The notes under the pieces are model-generated. The model had not been told where the DNA came from. It made no database searches and saw only the letters and a program-made list of their open reading frames with translations. This document shows, piece by piece, positions 1 through 10,846 of a stretch of 64,000 nucleotides of DNA. Source of the DNA: Pseudomonadota bacterium. Its GTDB lineage: Bacteria; Pseudomonadota; Gammaproteobacteria; Burkholderiales; JABEVD01. The number at the start of each line of letters is the position of its first letter. Positions within the stretch are counted from its first letter, which is position 1. The stretch spans positions 9,559 to 73,558 of the forward strand of contig JAKBJU010000007.1 in the NCBI GenBank assembly GCA_021835845.1, given 5' to 3'. The translations under genes were made by a program, and so were the position numbers.

Positions 1-1282
1 CGGTATCCTGAGGCACGATCCCGATCGCCGAGCGCAGCGACTTTTGCGTGACATCCCGGACATCCTGGTCGGATATCATTATCCTGCCGCGATCCGCTTC
101 GTAGAACCTGAAGAGCAGTCTCGCCAGGGTCGATTTTCCAGAACCGCTGTGACCGACCACGGCAACCGTCTTCCCCGCCGGAATTTCGAAGCTGATGTCG
201 TGAAGGATCTGGCGGTTTCCTTCATAGCCGAAATCGACATGTTCGAACCGGACCTGAGCCTGCCCGGGAACCAGATCCTGCGCATCTTCCCTGTCCCGGA
301 TTTCGGGATACTGCTCCAGAAGAGCGAACATTCTTTCCATGTCGGCAAGGGAATGCCTGATCTCGCGATAGACGAACCCCAGGAAATTGAGCGGCATGTA
401 CAGCTGGAGCATGTAAGCATTCACCAGGACGAGATCCCCGATGGTCATTTTCTTCTCGACCACGCCTTTTGCGGCCAGCCACATCAGGATCGTGATCCCG
501 ACCGCGATGATCGCGCTTTGCCCGGCATTGAGCCAGGCCAGCGAAGTCTGGTTGCGCACCGCTGCGTTCTCCCAGCTTTCCAGGCTTTCGTCGTAGCGCC
601 CCGCCTCGAAGGCCTCGTTGGAGAAATACTTGACCGTTTCGTAATTGAGCAGGCTGTCGATTGCGCGCGTGTTGGCTTTCGAGTCCATGTCGTTCATGGT
701 CCTGCGGAAAATCATGCGCCATTCGGTGATGGCGAGGGTGAAGCCGATGTAGACAAGGAGGGTGATGCAGATGATGACCGCGAACCAGAGGTCGTACTTC
801 GAGAGCAGGATCACCGCGACGAGCGCGATCTCGACGATGGTCGGAATGATGTTGAACAGCATGAAATTGAGCAGGAAGCTGATGCCCTTGGTGCCGCGCT
901 CGATGTCCCTCGACATGCCGCCGGTCTGCCGTTCGAGATGAAAGCGCAGGCTGAGCGAATGCAGGTGGAGGAATATTTTCAGCGCGACGCGGCGTATCGC
1001 GCGCTGCGTCACCTTGGCGAATACCGCATCGCGCAGCTCGCCGAAAAACGTGCCGAGAAATCTCAGCAGCCCGTAGGCAAGCAGCAGGAAAACCGGCAGA
1101 AAAACCACGCTGTTTCTGGCATCGAGGGCATCCACGACATGCTTGAAAAGGATGGGCACGGTGACGCCTGCAGCCTTTGCCAGGATCAGGAAAAGCGCCG
1201 CGAGCGCCACCCTCCCCCTGAATTCCAGGAGGTAGGGAATCAGGGTTCTGACGGTTTTCCAGTCGCTCCTACCTGAACTCAT
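1..1282 (-). CDS. ATM1/AtmA-like ABC transporter, fused permease and ATPase (3' end runs off the window)
   Basis: Not in the ORF track; read manually. ATG at 1282 gives MSSGRSDWKTVRTLIPYLLEFRG, and the window edge reads DVRDVTQKSLRSAIGIVPQDT, typical of ATM1-type exporters. Confidence 0.9.
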   Translation of the reverse strand, partial: MSSGRSDWKTVRTLIPYLLEFRGRVALAALFLILAKAAGVTVPILFKHVVDALDARNSVVFLPVFLLLAYGLLRFLGTFFGELRDAVFAKVTQRAIRRVALKIFLHLHSLSLRFHLERQTGGMSRDIERGTKGISFLLNFMLFNIIPTIVEIALVAVILLSKYDLWFAVIICITLLVYIGFTLAITEWRMIFRRTMNDMDSKANTRAIDSLLNYETVKYFSNEAFEAGRYDESLESWENAAVRNQTSLAWLNAGQSAIIAVGITILMWLAAKGVVEKKMTIGDLVLVNAYMLQLYMPLNFLGFVYREIRHSLADMERMFALLEQYPEIRDREDAQDLVPGQAQVRFEHVDFGYEGNRQILHDISFEIPAGKTVAVVGHSGSGKSTLARLLFRFYEADRGRIMISDQDVRDVTQKSLRSAIGIVPQDT

Positions 1283-2456
1283 GGTCCCTTCCGTAGCCTG
1301 CCATGCCGGTCAGGAACCTGACCAATCCGTAGCTCAGCCATGTCATGAAGCGGGTGGTGATCGGCTGCCTCGCCCAGCTGTCCGGGAGCAGCCTGCTGGA
1401 ATCGCTTGCGATCGCATCCAGCAGGCTTTGCCTCAGCTCGTGCGCGAAAGGCTCGTCCCTGATCACCACGTTGGCCTCCCTGGCAAGAAGCAGGCTGAAC
1501 GGGTCGATGTTGGACGAGCCCACGGTCGTCCAGCGCCCGTCGATCACGGCAACCTTGGCGTGCATCAGGCTCCTGTGATACTCGTGGATTTCGATTCCGG
1601 AATCGAGGAATTTGCCGTAAAGCGCCCGGGTGGCGTAGTGCAGCAGCAGGTATTCCACCTTCCCCTGCAGCAGCAGGACGACGCGCACCCCTCGCGAGGC
1701 GGCATCGACGAGCGCATGGCGGAAGCTCAGCCCGGGAAAGAAGTAGGCGTTCGCAATGATGATTTCCCGCTTCGCGGAGGCGATGGCGCGCAGATAGGCG
1801 AGTTCGATATTGCGGCGATGGCGCAGGTTGTCGCGCACCAGAAATGCCGCAACCTGATCCCCGGGTTTTTCATGGTTATTCGGGGTGAATTTTTCCTTCC
1901 AGGGCTTTCTCAGGTGTATCCACGCGCGCAGGATCCAGAGATTCCTGACCGAACGATGGATGTCGGATACCAGGGGGCCGCGGATTTCGACGGCATAATC
2001 GAAGCGGGGAGGAATGCTCTCTCCCCTGATCGGGATGCCCGGTATGTTCCTGTCGTCGATGACATTGATTCCGCCGACGAAGCCGATTCTTCCGTCGATG
2101 ACGGCGAGCTTCCGGTGCAGTCTTCTCAGGCGGCTGCGCCGCAGTGTCCAGGGGGAAGTCCTTTGCCCGAAAAAGAGCACATGGACCCCGGCATTTCCCA
2201 ATGTCTCGACGAATGCCTCCGGAAGCTTCCTGGAACCGAAGCCGTCGATCATGAGATGAACGGAAGCCCCCCTTTTTGCGGCGCGAATCAAGGCCTCTCC
2301 GATCCTGACTCCCGCACTGTCCTGCTCGAAGATGTAGGTTTCCAGGAAAACTTCATGCGCAGCGCTGTCCAGGGCGGCTTCGAGGGCGGGGAAATAGGCA
2401 TCGCCGTTCTTCAGGAGCCTGATGGCATTTCCGGAAACGAAGCGCTCGCCTCTCAT
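1269..2456 (-). CDS. clsB: Cardiolipin synthase ClsB (phospholipase D family)
   Basis: Two HKD motifs (LHRKLAVID, MHAKVAVID). Start MRGERF overlaps the upstream stop (ATGA). Adjacent to a ybhP-like gene. Confidence 0.9.
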   Translation of the reverse strand: MRGERFVSGNAIRLLKNGDAYFPALEAALDSAAHEVFLETYIFEQDSAGVRIGEALIRAAKRGASVHLMIDGFGSRKLPEAFVETLGNAGVHVLFFGQRTSPWTLRRSRLRRLHRKLAVIDGRIGFVGGINVIDDRNIPGIPIRGESIPPRFDYAVEIRGPLVSDIHRSVRNLWILRAWIHLRKPWKEKFTPNNHEKPGDQVAAFLVRDNLRHRRNIELAYLRAIASAKREIIIANAYFFPGLSFRHALVDAASRGVRVVLLLQGKVEYLLLHYATRALYGKFLDSGIEIHEYHRSLMHAKVAVIDGRWTTVGSSNIDPFSLLLAREANVVIRDEPFAHELRQSLLDAIASDSSRLLPDSWARQPITTRFMTWLSYGLVRFLTGMAGYGRDHEFR

Positions 2457-3205
2457 TTCAGAACCAGCGTCGTCGAGAGCGGCGCGTGGTCGGAAATCCT
2501 GGACCAGGGCTGCCCCTGATGAACTGAGGCTGCTCTGACGCTGAATCCCCTGACGTATATCCTGTCGAGGCGCAATAGCGGAAGCGCGGAAGGGAAGCTC
2601 CTTGCCACCTTTCCCCGCGTGGTCTCGAAAACCTCGTTCAGGGGCTTGCCGTGGACCATGATCTTCCCTGCCCTGCATGACCAGTCGTTGAAGTCGCCTG
2701 CAACGATCAGCGGGGAATCCCGAGGGACGATCTCCTCGATTTTTTTCTCGAGCGCTGCGATCTGCTTCCTCCTCACGCGGGAAGAAAGCCCCATGTGGAT
2801 GCAGATGCAGTGCAGATGCCTGTCCCACGAGGGCACCTCGACTTCGCAGTGAAGCAGTCCGCGGCTTTCGAAGCGATGTCCGGAAATGTCGAAGTTGTCC
2901 CAGTTCAGGATGGGAAAACGGCTCAGAATCGCATTGCCGTGATGGCCTTCTTCGTAGACGGCATTCTTGCCGTAGGCGAATTCGGGCCATGCCGACTCCG
3001 CCAGAAATTCGTATTGGGGCGCCTCCGGCCAGTTCTCGTGGGTGAGCGCATGCTCCTCGTTCACCCCCTGCACTTCCTGGAGAAAAATCATATCGGCCCC
3101 GATGCCGTGCAGGTTCTCGCGCAATTCATGCACCATCAGCCTTCTGTTGAAGTGCGAAAAGCCCTTATGGATATTGTAGGTCGCGATGTGCAGCGTTCTG
3201 GACAT
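2453..3205 (-). CDS. Endonuclease/exonuclease/phosphatase family protein (YbhP-like)
   Basis: TYNIHKG, LQEV, GDFND and SDHAP motifs. Confidence 0.9.
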   Translation of the reverse strand: MSRTLHIATYNIHKGFSHFNRRLMVHELRENLHGIGADMIFLQEVQGVNEEHALTHENWPEAPQYEFLAESAWPEFAYGKNAVYEEGHHGNAILSRFPILNWDNFDISGHRFESRGLLHCEVEVPSWDRHLHCICIHMGLSSRVRRKQIAALEKKIEEIVPRDSPLIVAGDFNDWSCRAGKIMVHGKPLNEVFETTRGKVARSFPSALPLLRLDRIYVRGFSVRAASVHQGQPWSRISDHAPLSTTLVLK

Positions 3206-3206
3206 T

Positions 3207-4295
3207 TCAGGAAACTTCTAGCATCCGCGAAAGCGCGAGCCTTGCGAGTTCGGCTTCGCTATCAGGCACCGTTATCCTGTTGACCACATGGCCCTCAAGA
3301 AGGTTTTCCAGCGTCCAGGCAAGATGCTGCGGGTCGATCCTTGCCATGGTCGAGCACATGCACACCGTGGGGGACATGAATCGCACCGTCTTGCCCTGAG
3401 GCTTGAACTCCTCCGCCAGGCGATTGACCAGATTGAGTTCCGTTCCGACCAGCCAATGCGTGCCGGCAGGGGAATTTTCGATGGTCTTGATGATGGTCTC
3501 GGTCGAACCCACCTCGTCGGAAAGCCTGCAGACATCGAAGCTGCATTCCGGGTGGGAGATCACCCTGCCCTCGGGGTAGCTTTTCCTGAAATTCTCGATA
3601 TGCTGCGGCTGAAACATCTGATGGACAGAGCAGTGCCCTTTCCACAGGAGGATCTTCGCCTTCTTGATGGCCTCCTCGCTGTGCCCGCCCATCGGCTGGT
3701 CGTAATCCCATACCAGCATCTCTTCCAGGGGAATGCCCATCTTGTGACCGGACCAGCGTCCCAGGTGCTGATCCGGGAAGAACAGCACCTTTTCCCGTTT
3801 CGAAAAAGACCATTCCAGGATCTTTCCGGCATTGCTGGAAGTGCAGACGATGCCGCCGTGTTCGCCGCAGAACGCCTTCAGGTCGGCGGCTGAATTGATA
3901 TAGGTTACGGGGGTGATGGTTTCATCCGGATCGAGGATGGCAGAAAGCTCGCGCCAGGCGCGCTCGACTTTCGACAGGTTGGCCATGTCAGCCATCGAGC
4001 ACCCGGCAGAAAGATCGGGAAGGATGGCGACCTGTTCCGGCCCTGTCAGGATGTCCGCCACCTCCGCCATGAAATGCACGCCGCAGAACACGATGTATTC
4101 CGCTTCCGACCTTGCTGCCAGGCGCGAGAGCTTGAGCGAATCTCCCGTCAGGTCGGCATGCCTGTATACATCCGAGCGCTGGTAGTGGTGGCCCAGGATG
4201 ACGACCTGCTTTCCCAAAGCGCTTTTTGCGGCGAGAATGCGCGCCTGACAACTCTCGTCATCCAGATTACGGTAAAGGTCGAAGGCAATGGCCAT
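3207..4295 (-). CDS. nadA: Quinolinate synthase A
   Basis: GHHYQ, FCGVHFMAE, GCSMADM, HPEC and CMCSTM motifs. GGAG RBS upstream of ATG at 4295. Confidence 0.95.
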   Translation of the reverse strand: MAIAFDLYRNLDDESCQARILAAKSALGKQVVILGHHYQRSDVYRHADLTGDSLKLSRLAARSEAEYIVFCGVHFMAEVADILTGPEQVAILPDLSAGCSMADMANLSKVERAWRELSAILDPDETITPVTYINSAADLKAFCGEHGGIVCTSSNAGKILEWSFSKREKVLFFPDQHLGRWSGHKMGIPLEEMLVWDYDQPMGGHSEEAIKKAKILLWKGHCSVHQMFQPQHIENFRKSYPEGRVISHPECSFDVCRLSDEVGSTETIIKTIENSPAGTHWLVGTELNLVNRLAEEFKPQGKTVRFMSPTVCMCSTMARIDPQHLAWTLENLLEGHVVNRITVPDSEAELARLALSRMLEVS

Positions 4296-4306
4296 TTTCG
4301 CTCCAG

Positions 4307-4750
4307 TCATTTGTTCAGCATTTCGGGCAACTTCAGTATGGCAGATGCGTTGCTCGAGGAAAAAACCCTGGCCGCCGCGTCCTCGAAAGAGAGCCAGAGG
4401 TAATTCAGGTGCTCCCTGGGAGAAAGCCTGACAGGTTGAGGCTTCTCCAACCTGAAGCCGAAGACATGCTCGATGTTGCGGGTCACGCCAGGCGCATAGC
4501 GATGACGCCATTCGGGGTAGATCTCGTATTCGGTCTCGATTTCCCAATCCAGGAGCTCTCCCTGTTGGAGTCCCGTTTCTTCGCCGAGTTCGCGCATCGC
4601 CGCATTCCCCGGGCTTTCGCCCGCTTCCAGGCTGCCGGTCACGGATTGCCAGTAACCGGGATGGTCGGCGCGCTCGAGCAGCAGGACATCGAGGTCACCA
4701 GTATGCACGACGACCAGAACCGAAAAGGGACGCTTGCAGGTCTCAGCCAA
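4307..4750 (-). CDS. nudB: Dihydroneopterin triphosphate diphosphatase (Nudix)
   Basis: KRPFSVLVV, WQSVTGSLE...RELGEETGL Nudix box, WRHRYAPGV. TTG start is inferred. Confidence 0.9.
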   Translation of the reverse strand: MAETCKRPFSVLVVVHTGDLDVLLLERADHPGYWQSVTGSLEAGESPGNAAMRELGEETGLQQGELLDWEIETEYEIYPEWRHRYAPGVTRNIEHVFGFRLEKPQPVRLSPREHLNYLWLSFEDAAARVFSSSNASAILKLPEMLNK

Positions 4751-5063
4751 GCTGATCCAGTGCGTTTCCGGATGCGACCCAGCCGATGATCCCGCCCTGG
4801 AGGTTGGCAAGATTGCTCCAGCCCTTGGCTGCGAGGAAGCCGCAAGCCTGACCTGATCGGCCTCCGGACTGGCAATAGATGACGGTGGGCGTGCTGCCGT
4901 CCAGTTCGTTCATCCTGACGGGAATGAGGTGCAGCGGAATATGGATCGCACCGGGTATGATCCCCCTTGCCACCTCCGCATCCGTTCTGACATCGACCAG
5001 CCTGATATTTCCCGATTTTTGCAGCTTCACCAGTTCCGCTGCATCGACATTATTGAAGCTCAT
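4743..5063 (-). CDS. Single-domain rhodanese/sulfurtransferase
   Basis: DVR...G.IPGA motif, active-site CQSGGR, LQGG..W. Confidence 0.9.
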   Translation of the reverse strand: MSFNNVDAAELVKLQKSGNIRLVDVRTDAEVARGIIPGAIHIPLHLIPVRMNELDGSTPTVIYCQSGGRSGQACGFLAAKGWSNLANLQGGIIGWVASGNALDQLG

Positions 5064-5172
5064 CCTGTTGCCTTAAAGAAACGTAGCCACCGCTATGCTA
5101 AAGACGGTTTGCCGATATGGCAAGCCTTGCGCCTGTAGATTGGGTTCATTCCATTTCTTTCAAGCGCCTGTA

Positions 5173-5200
5173 GGAACTCATTCGCAAAAGATTTATCATA
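5173..5200 (+). promoter_or_regulatory. Candidate sigma-E (RpoE) promoter for bepA
   Basis: GGAACT-N17-TCATA, 6 nt before the ATG. bepA/yfgC is an established sigma-E regulon member in E. coli. Confidence 0.45.
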
Positions 5201-5206
5201 GATGCC

Positions 5207-6649
5207 ATGAAATTGGCGATCACCGTCCTGCTGCTTCTTTTTTCCTTTGCCGGCTTTGCCGAGGGGCTGCCCGACATTGCCGACGCTTCCCAGGCGGCGC
5301 TGTCTCCCGAACAGGAGAAACAGCTGGGCGAGCAGATCATGCGGGAGATTCGCGCCGACCCTTCCTATCTGGACGACCCTGAACTGGTTCAATATCTGGA
5401 CGACCTAGGACAGCGCCTCGTCGTCAACACCACCATGCCCGGCCTGAACCTCAATTTCTTCATGGTCCAGGATAACACGGTCAACGCCTTCGCCCTGCCA
5501 GGCGGCTTCGTCGGGGTGAACACCGGGCTGATCCTGACCGCGGAAAGCGAGTCCGAGCTGGCAAGCGTGCTTGCACACGAAATCAGTCACATCACGCAGC
5601 GGCATTATGCGAGGATGGGGGTCGAAACCAAGGGAAGCTCGCTCGAATCTCTCGCCGCCCTTGCCGTGGCCATACTGACGGCCAGGGGGGGCAGCCAGGT
5701 GAGCGGCGCAGCCCTCGCGGCAGCGCAGGCCAATGCCATCCAGTCCCAGCTGGATGTCACCCGGGCGCACGAAGAAGAGGCAGACAGGGTGGGGCTCGGC
5801 GTCCTTGCAAAATCCGGATTCGATCCCAGGGCAATGGCGACCTTCTTCGAGCGCCTGCAAAAATCGACGCGCCTTTACGAAAACAATGCCCCCGTTTATC
5901 TGCGCGACCACCCGCTCACCAGCCAGCGTATCGCCGCGATCGAGAACCGGGTCCAGGGCTATCCCTACAAACAGGTTGTGGACAGCCCCGACTTCTGGCT
6001 GCTCAGAGAGAGACTGCTAGCCGACCAGGGAGAGCCGAACGATGCCCTAAACTACTTCGAGACGGCGTTGAAACAGGGGAAATACGAGAACGAGGCAGCT
6101 TACCGCTTCGGCCTTACCGAAGTGCTGATGCGGCTCGGGAAATACGACAGGGCCGAGCAGGAACTTGCCAAGGTCCAAAAGGCCTTCGGGCCAAACCCCA
6201 TCATAGCGACGATGCGGGGACGGGTTCTGCTCGCGCTCGGCAGGAAAAAGGAGGCTCTGGCGCATTATGCCAATGCCCTGGCATCCTACCCGGACTACAA
6301 GGCGCTGATCTACGATTATGTCGGGGCGTTGATCGACAACGGGCATGCTGCAGAGGCAGCCCGCCTCGCCACATCGCGGCTGCGCCAGGACACTGACGAC
6401 ATCGACCTTTATCAGTTGAGCGCGCGAGCTTACGCATCGCTCGGAAAGAATCTGCTGGAACACCAGGCGCAGGCCGAAGTGTATTACCTGGCGGGGAACC
6501 TTTCAGCCGCGATAGACCAACTGCAGCTCGCCGAGAAATCCGGTGACGGGGATTTCTATTCGCACTCCATGGTCGAAGCCAGGCTCCGGCAGTTCAAGGC
6601 CATGGCAGCCGAGGCGGGCGGCAAAAAGAAGAAGCGCCGGGGCTTATAA
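5207..6649 (+). CDS. bepA: M48 periplasmic metalloprotease with TPR repeats (BepA/YfgC)
   Basis: Signal peptide, [13 protein letters not shown] zinc motif, YLRDHP, TPR-like C-terminus. Confidence 0.9.
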   Translation: MKLAITVLLLLFSFAGFAEGLPDIADASQAALSPEQEKQLGEQIMREIRADPSYLDDPELVQYLDDLGQRLVVNTTMPGLNLNFFMVQDNTVNAFALPGGFVGVNTGLILTAESESELASVLAHEISHITQRHYARMGVETKGSSLESLAALAVAILTARGGSQVSGAALAAAQANAIQSQLDVTRAHEEEADRVGLGVLAKSGFDPRAMATFFERLQKSTRLYENNAPVYLRDHPLTSQRIAAIENRVQGYPYKQVVDSPDFWLLRERLLADQGEPNDALNYFETALKQGKYENEAAYRFGLTEVLMRLGKYDRAEQELAKVQKAFGPNPIIATMRGRVLLALGRKKEALAHYANALASYPDYKALIYDYVGALIDNGHAAEAARLATSRLRQDTDDIDLYQLSARAYASLGKNLLEHQAQAEVYYLAGNLSAAIDQLQLAEKSGDGDFYSHSMVEARLRQFKAMAAEAGGKKKKRRGL

Positions 6650-8107
6650 CCCCAGATCACCCCACAGCGCATCGATGCGTTCTTTCACCTTGCCATCCAT
6701 AACAATGGGTTTTCCCCATTCCCGACTGGTCTCCCCTTGCCACTTGTTGGTCGCATCCATCCCCATCTTGCTTCCCAGGCCGGATACCGGGCTCGCGAAA
6801 TCAAGGTAATCGATGGGCGTGTTCTCGACCATGAGGGTATCGCGCGCCGGATCCATGCGGGTCGTGATCGCCCAGATGACTTCCTTCCAGTCGCGAATGT
6901 CGACGTCGTCGTCGACCACGACGATGAATTTCGTGTACATGAACTGCCTGAGGTAAGACCAGATGCCGAACATCACCCGCTTCGCGTGACCCGGATACTG
7001 CTTCCTGATCGAAACCACGGCGAGACGGTAGGAGCAGCCCTCCGGAGGAAGGTAGAAGTCGACGATTTCGGGAAACTGTTTTTGCAAAAGCGGCACGAAC
7101 ACCTCGTTGAGCGCTACGCCCAGGATGGCGGGTTCGTCGGGAGGCTTTCCGGTATAGGTGCTGTGGTAGATCGGATTTTCGCGCATCGTGATGCGGTCGA
7201 TGGTGAATACCGGAAACCGGTCCTGCTCGTTGTAATAGCCGGTATGGTCCCCAAAAGGCCCTTCGAGCGCGGTCTCCCCAGGATGAATCGCCCCTTCAAG
7301 GATGATTTCCGCACTGGCGGGCACCTCCAGATTCGACCCCAGGCATTTGACGAGTTCCGTCTTCGATCCTCGCAAAAGACCCGCGAACTGGTATTCGCTC
7401 AGGCTGTCGGGAACCGGGGTAACTGCGCCGAGTATGGTCGCGGGATCGGCCCCGAGTGCAACTGCGACGGGAAAAGGCTCTGCGGGATGCGCATGCAGGT
7501 GATCGCGCAAATCCAGTGCCCCTCCCCTGTGGGCCAGCCATCTCATGATGACCTTGTTTTTCGCGATCACCTGCTGGCGGTAGATGCCGAGATTCTGGCG
7601 GGGCTTCAATGGCCCCCTCGTGACCACCAGTCCCCAGGTGATGAGCGGGGCGATGTCTTCAGGCCAGCAGGTCTGAATGGGGAGCTTCGACAGATCGACT
7701 TCGGATCCTTCCCATACGATTTCCTGGCACGGCGCATGCTTGACGGTTTTGGGCGTCATGTTGAGCACCTGCTTCAGGACCGGCCATTTCTCCCAGGCAT
7801 CCTTCAGCCCTCTGGGCGGCTCGGGCTCCTTGAGGTAGGCGAGCAGCCTGCCAATTTCGCGAAGCGCTCCGGCATCTTCCTCCCCCATCCCGAGCGCCAC
7901 CCGACCGGGCGTACCGAAAAGGTTGGCGAGCACCGGGATTTTCGAGTTCTTCGGATTTTCGAAAAGCAGGGCAGGCCCTCCCGCGCGCAATACCCTGTCG
8001 CATATTTCGGTCATTTCGAGATTCGGATCGATCTCGACGGAAATACGCTTCAGCTCGCCGCGCGCCTCGAGCTGCGCGATGAAATCCCTGAGGTCGCCGT
8101 ATTTCAT
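6644..8107 (-). CDS. ubiD: 4-hydroxy-3-polyprenylbenzoate decarboxylase
   Basis: [38 protein letters not shown]. Confidence 0.97.
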   Translation of the reverse strand: MKYGDLRDFIAQLEARGELKRISVEIDPNLEMTEICDRVLRAGGPALLFENPKNSKIPVLANLFGTPGRVALGMGEEDAGALREIGRLLAYLKEPEPPRGLKDAWEKWPVLKQVLNMTPKTVKHAPCQEIVWEGSEVDLSKLPIQTCWPEDIAPLITWGLVVTRGPLKPRQNLGIYRQQVIAKNKVIMRWLAHRGGALDLRDHLHAHPAEPFPVAVALGADPATILGAVTPVPDSLSEYQFAGLLRGSKTELVKCLGSNLEVPASAEIILEGAIHPGETALEGPFGDHTGYYNEQDRFPVFTIDRITMRENPIYHSTYTGKPPDEPAILGVALNEVFVPLLQKQFPEIVDFYLPPEGCSYRLAVVSIRKQYPGHAKRVMFGIWSYLRQFMYTKFIVVVDDDVDIRDWKEVIWAITTRMDPARDTLMVENTPIDYLDFASPVSGLGSKMGMDATNKWQGETSREWGKPIVMDGKVKERIDALWGDLGL

Positions 8108-8117
8108 TTCCAGCCTT

Positions 8118-8441
8118 TCAAGAATACATTTCCTTTCTGTCGCTGAAATAGAGCCAGCCCTTGACGATGCGGTAGATGACCCATATCGCGTCCATGCCCA
8201 GAATGACCCAGCCTATCAGCAGAACATAAGTGATGGAGCCGATGATGCCCCACAGCAGGCTGTACCAGAATGTCCTCATCTGCCATCTGAAGTGGGATTC
8301 GAGCCAGGTTCCCCTGACGTCGGGAAGCTTGACGTAATTGATGATGATTGCGATCAGATAGGTAATGCCGAAAAAAAAGGATGCCGCCTGCAGCGCGTAG
8401 ATCGCCGGCGTGAGCGTCTCTGCGGAATCCCGTTCACGCAT
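8118..8441 (-). CDS. Small membrane protein (DUF4870-like)
   Basis: Three hydrophobic segments and [14 protein letters not shown]. Start is uncertain (8441 or 8465). Confidence 0.8.
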   Translation of the reverse strand: MRERDSAETLTPAIYALQAASFFFGITYLIAIIINYVKLPDVRGTWLESHFRWQMRTFWYSLLWGIIGSITYVLLIGWVILGMDAIWVIYRIVKGWLYFSDRKEMYS

Positions 8442-8706
8442 CGCCTGCGAGCTTTCCCCTGGCATTCTTGTAAAGCCCCCAGAAAAACCAGCCTCGCTTC
8501 AGCCATCTGAAAGTTCTGGCAGGTCTCAGCACGACAAATATTGCAGCGGCAAGGGCGGGAACGAGCGGATGTTCCCTGAGGTAGCGGGCAAAGGCAACCC
8601 CCCTGTCGATCGCGGCAAGGGGCGGCTTGAGGATCTGCGCTTCACGGGCGAGATCCCGTCTCTGACTTGCGATCCTTGCCAGAATCGCCTGTTTGCGCAC
8701 GTTCAT
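8434..8706 (-). CDS. YqjK-like protein
   Basis: RKQAILARIASQRRDL, third gene of a yqjD-yqjE-yqjK-like cluster, overlapping start/stop. Confidence 0.75.
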   Translation of the reverse strand: MNVRKQAILARIASQRRDLAREAQILKPPLAAIDRGVAFARYLREHPLVPALAAAIFVVLRPARTFRWLKRGWFFWGLYKNARGKLAGDA

Positions 8707-9071
8707 TCCAGCTCGCTCATGTCCCGGGAGAACTCGGCAAGGCTCTGCGAGAAAAGACCGGATTTCGATTTTGCCTTCTTCATGAAAACCGCTCCGGCAT
8801 AGAGACCGGCTGCCGTGAACAGCGCAGCGAGAACACCCAGAGCAATCAGCCTCTCGTCCCAGAAGGCCACCAGAACCAGAACAACGGCCAGGACCACTGC
8901 GATGCCGATGAAGAAAAGGGAAAGCGCTGCGCAAAAAGCTAGCCCTGCAAGCCGCGCCACCTCCTCCTCGAATTCGACGGAAAGCAGTTCAACGCGCGTT
9001 TTGGCTATCCCGACCAGGGTCGCCAGAAGCCGCTTCACGGAAGAAAACAGCCCCGACCCATCACTGCCCAT
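8703..9071 (-). CDS. YqjE-like inner-membrane protein
   Basis: TRVELLSVEFEEE followed by two transmembrane segments. Context fits. Confidence 0.8.
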   Translation of the reverse strand: MGSDGSGLFSSVKRLLATLVGIAKTRVELLSVEFEEEVARLAGLAFCAALSLFFIGIAVVLAVVLVLVAFWDERLIALGVLAALFTAAGLYAGAVFMKKAKSKSGLFSQSLAEFSRDMSELE

Positions 9072-9076
9072 ATCGC

Positions 9077-9382
9077 TCAGCGGCGGCCGATCAGCATGCC
9101 GATGACGAGGCCGACTCCGGCTGCGATTCCGACTGATCTCCATGGATTTTCATGGACATAGCCGTCCGCCACCTTGGCGGCTTCCTTGCCCTTGTCGAGC
9201 AATATGCCCTCCGCTTCCCTGAGCTTTGCCTTGGCTTCGGTAATTTTCTTCTCGAGCTTGACGCGGGTTGCCGAGAATTTCTCCCCGGCCTCGCTTGCCG
9301 TCGCCTGGAGCAGCTCCTCAGCATCGGCTATGACGACCTTGAAGTCCGCTACCAGTTTTTCTTTTGATTCTGCTGAATTCAT
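9077..9382 (-). CDS. ElaB/YqjD/DUF883 membrane-anchored ribosome-binding protein
   Basis: C-terminal YVHENPWRSVGIAAGVGLVIGMLIGRR. Confidence 0.92.
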   Translation of the reverse strand: MNSAESKEKLVADFKVVIADAEELLQATASEAGEKFSATRVKLEKKITEAKAKLREAEGILLDKGKEAAKVADGYVHENPWRSVGIAAGVGLVIGMLIGRR

Positions 9383-9458
9383 GATGGAATCCCTTTTCGT
9401 GAAATGACCTGCTCCCGATTCCATTATAAGGAGTATGGGAAGGGTTTTCCAGTTCGGA

Positions 9459-10382
9459 TCAGCCGTTCAGCTGTTTCGGGATGGGAAAGGAGACGTTTTC
9501 GCGGATGCCCTGCAATTCGCAAACCTCGTCGGCCCCCAGCTCCTTCAGCCTTTCGATCACTTCCTGAACCAGTTGCTCCGGCGCGGATGCCCCGGCTGTG
9601 ACGCCTATCCTGTTCTTTCCGGAAAACCATTCAGCTTTCAGCTCGCCCGCATTGTCGACCATGTGGGATTCCACCCCGAGGGATCTTGCGACTTCCCTCA
9701 GCCTGTTCGAATTGGAGCTGTTCGGGGAGCCGACCACGATGACGAGGTCGCTTTGTTCCGAAAGCATCTTGACCGCATCCTGGCGGTTCTGTGTGGCATA
9801 GCAGATGTCGTCCTTTTTCGGCCCGACGATTTTTGGGAAGCGCGCCTTGAGGGCTTCGACGATCCTGGAGGCATCGTCCACGGAAAGCGTGGTCTGTGTC
9901 ACGAACGCGAGGTTATCCGGGTCATTGACCCTCAAAAGAGGCACGTCCTCGGGCTTTTCGACGAGATACATCCCCCCTGCCGACTGGCCCATGGTGCCTT
10001 CCACTTCGGGGTGCCCGGCATGCCCTATCATGATGATCTCCCTGCCCTGCTCGCGCATCCTGACTACTTCGACATGGACTTTCGTGACGAGCGGACAAGT
10101 CGCATCGAACAGCCTGAATCCGGCATCCTCCGCCTGTTTGCGCACGGCAAGGGAAACGCCGTGGGCGCTGAATATCAGCGTAGCGCCCAGCGGAACCTCC
10201 GCGAGGTCCTCGATGAAAATCGCCCCCTTCTTCTTGAGATCGTCGACCACGAACTTGTTGTGGACGACTTCGTGGCGCACGTAAATCGGCTCGCCAAAGT
10301 TGGCGAGCGCGCGCTCGACGATTTCGATGGCGCGGTCGACACCCGCGCAGAATCCCCTGGGATTGGCAAGCAGCACCTTCAT
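9459..10382 (-). CDS. ispH: 4-hydroxy-3-methylbut-2-enyl diphosphate reductase
   Basis: [31 protein letters not shown]. Confidence 0.97.
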   Translation of the reverse strand: MKVLLANPRGFCAGVDRAIEIVERALANFGEPIYVRHEVVHNKFVVDDLKKKGAIFIEDLAEVPLGATLIFSAHGVSLAVRKQAEDAGFRLFDATCPLVTKVHVEVVRMREQGREIIMIGHAGHPEVEGTMGQSAGGMYLVEKPEDVPLLRVNDPDNLAFVTQTTLSVDDASRIVEALKARFPKIVGPKKDDICYATQNRQDAVKMLSEQSDLVIVVGSPNSSNSNRLREVARSLGVESHMVDNAGELKAEWFSGKNRIGVTAGASAPEQLVQEVIERLKELGADEVCELQGIRENVSFPIPKQLNG

Positions 10383-10846
10383 GACTTGCCTCTGCGCAAA
10401 TTGTCCAGAATCAGCAGCGCAGCTCCCAGCGTGATGGCCGAGTCGGCCAGGTTGAAGGCCGGGAAATGATGTTCGGCGAGATGAAAGTCGAGGAAATCGA
10501 CGACGTGCCCTATCCTGACCCTGTCGACAAGGTTGCCCAGCGCTCCGCCCAGAACGAGGCTCAGGGCGAGGCTGAAAAGGAATTCCCCCCTGTGCTTCCT
10601 GAGCAAGAAGAGGATCAGGATCGAAGCGGCAACCGCGATGACCATGAAAAACTCCCTTTGCCATCCCCCGGCATTGTTGAGAAAGCTGAAGGCGGCACCT
10701 TCGTTGTAAACAAGGGCAAGACTGAAAAATGAAGTGAATGCCAACTCCCCTTTCCCGGAGAGCATTTTCACGATTTCCCATTTACTCGCCTGGTCGAGCA
10801 GGACGACGGCAAGACTCAGGAAAAGCCAGCGCATCCACTCAAGCAT
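10379..10846 (-). CDS. lspA: Lipoprotein signal peptidase II
   Basis: [25 protein letters not shown]. Confidence 0.96.
   Translation of the reverse strand: MLEWMRWLFLSLAVVLLDQASKWEIVKMLSGKGELAFTSFFSLALVYNEGAAFSFLNNAGGWQREFFMVIAVAASILILFLLRKHRGEFLFSLALSLVLGGALGNLVDRVRIGHVVDFLDFHLAEHHFPAFNLADSAITLGAALLILDNLRRGKS

Noticed and set aside
8703-9071. Holin-family membrane protein as evidence of a prophage
   Set aside because: It belongs to the ordinary yqjD-yqjE-yqjK-like cluster, with no phage genes nearby.
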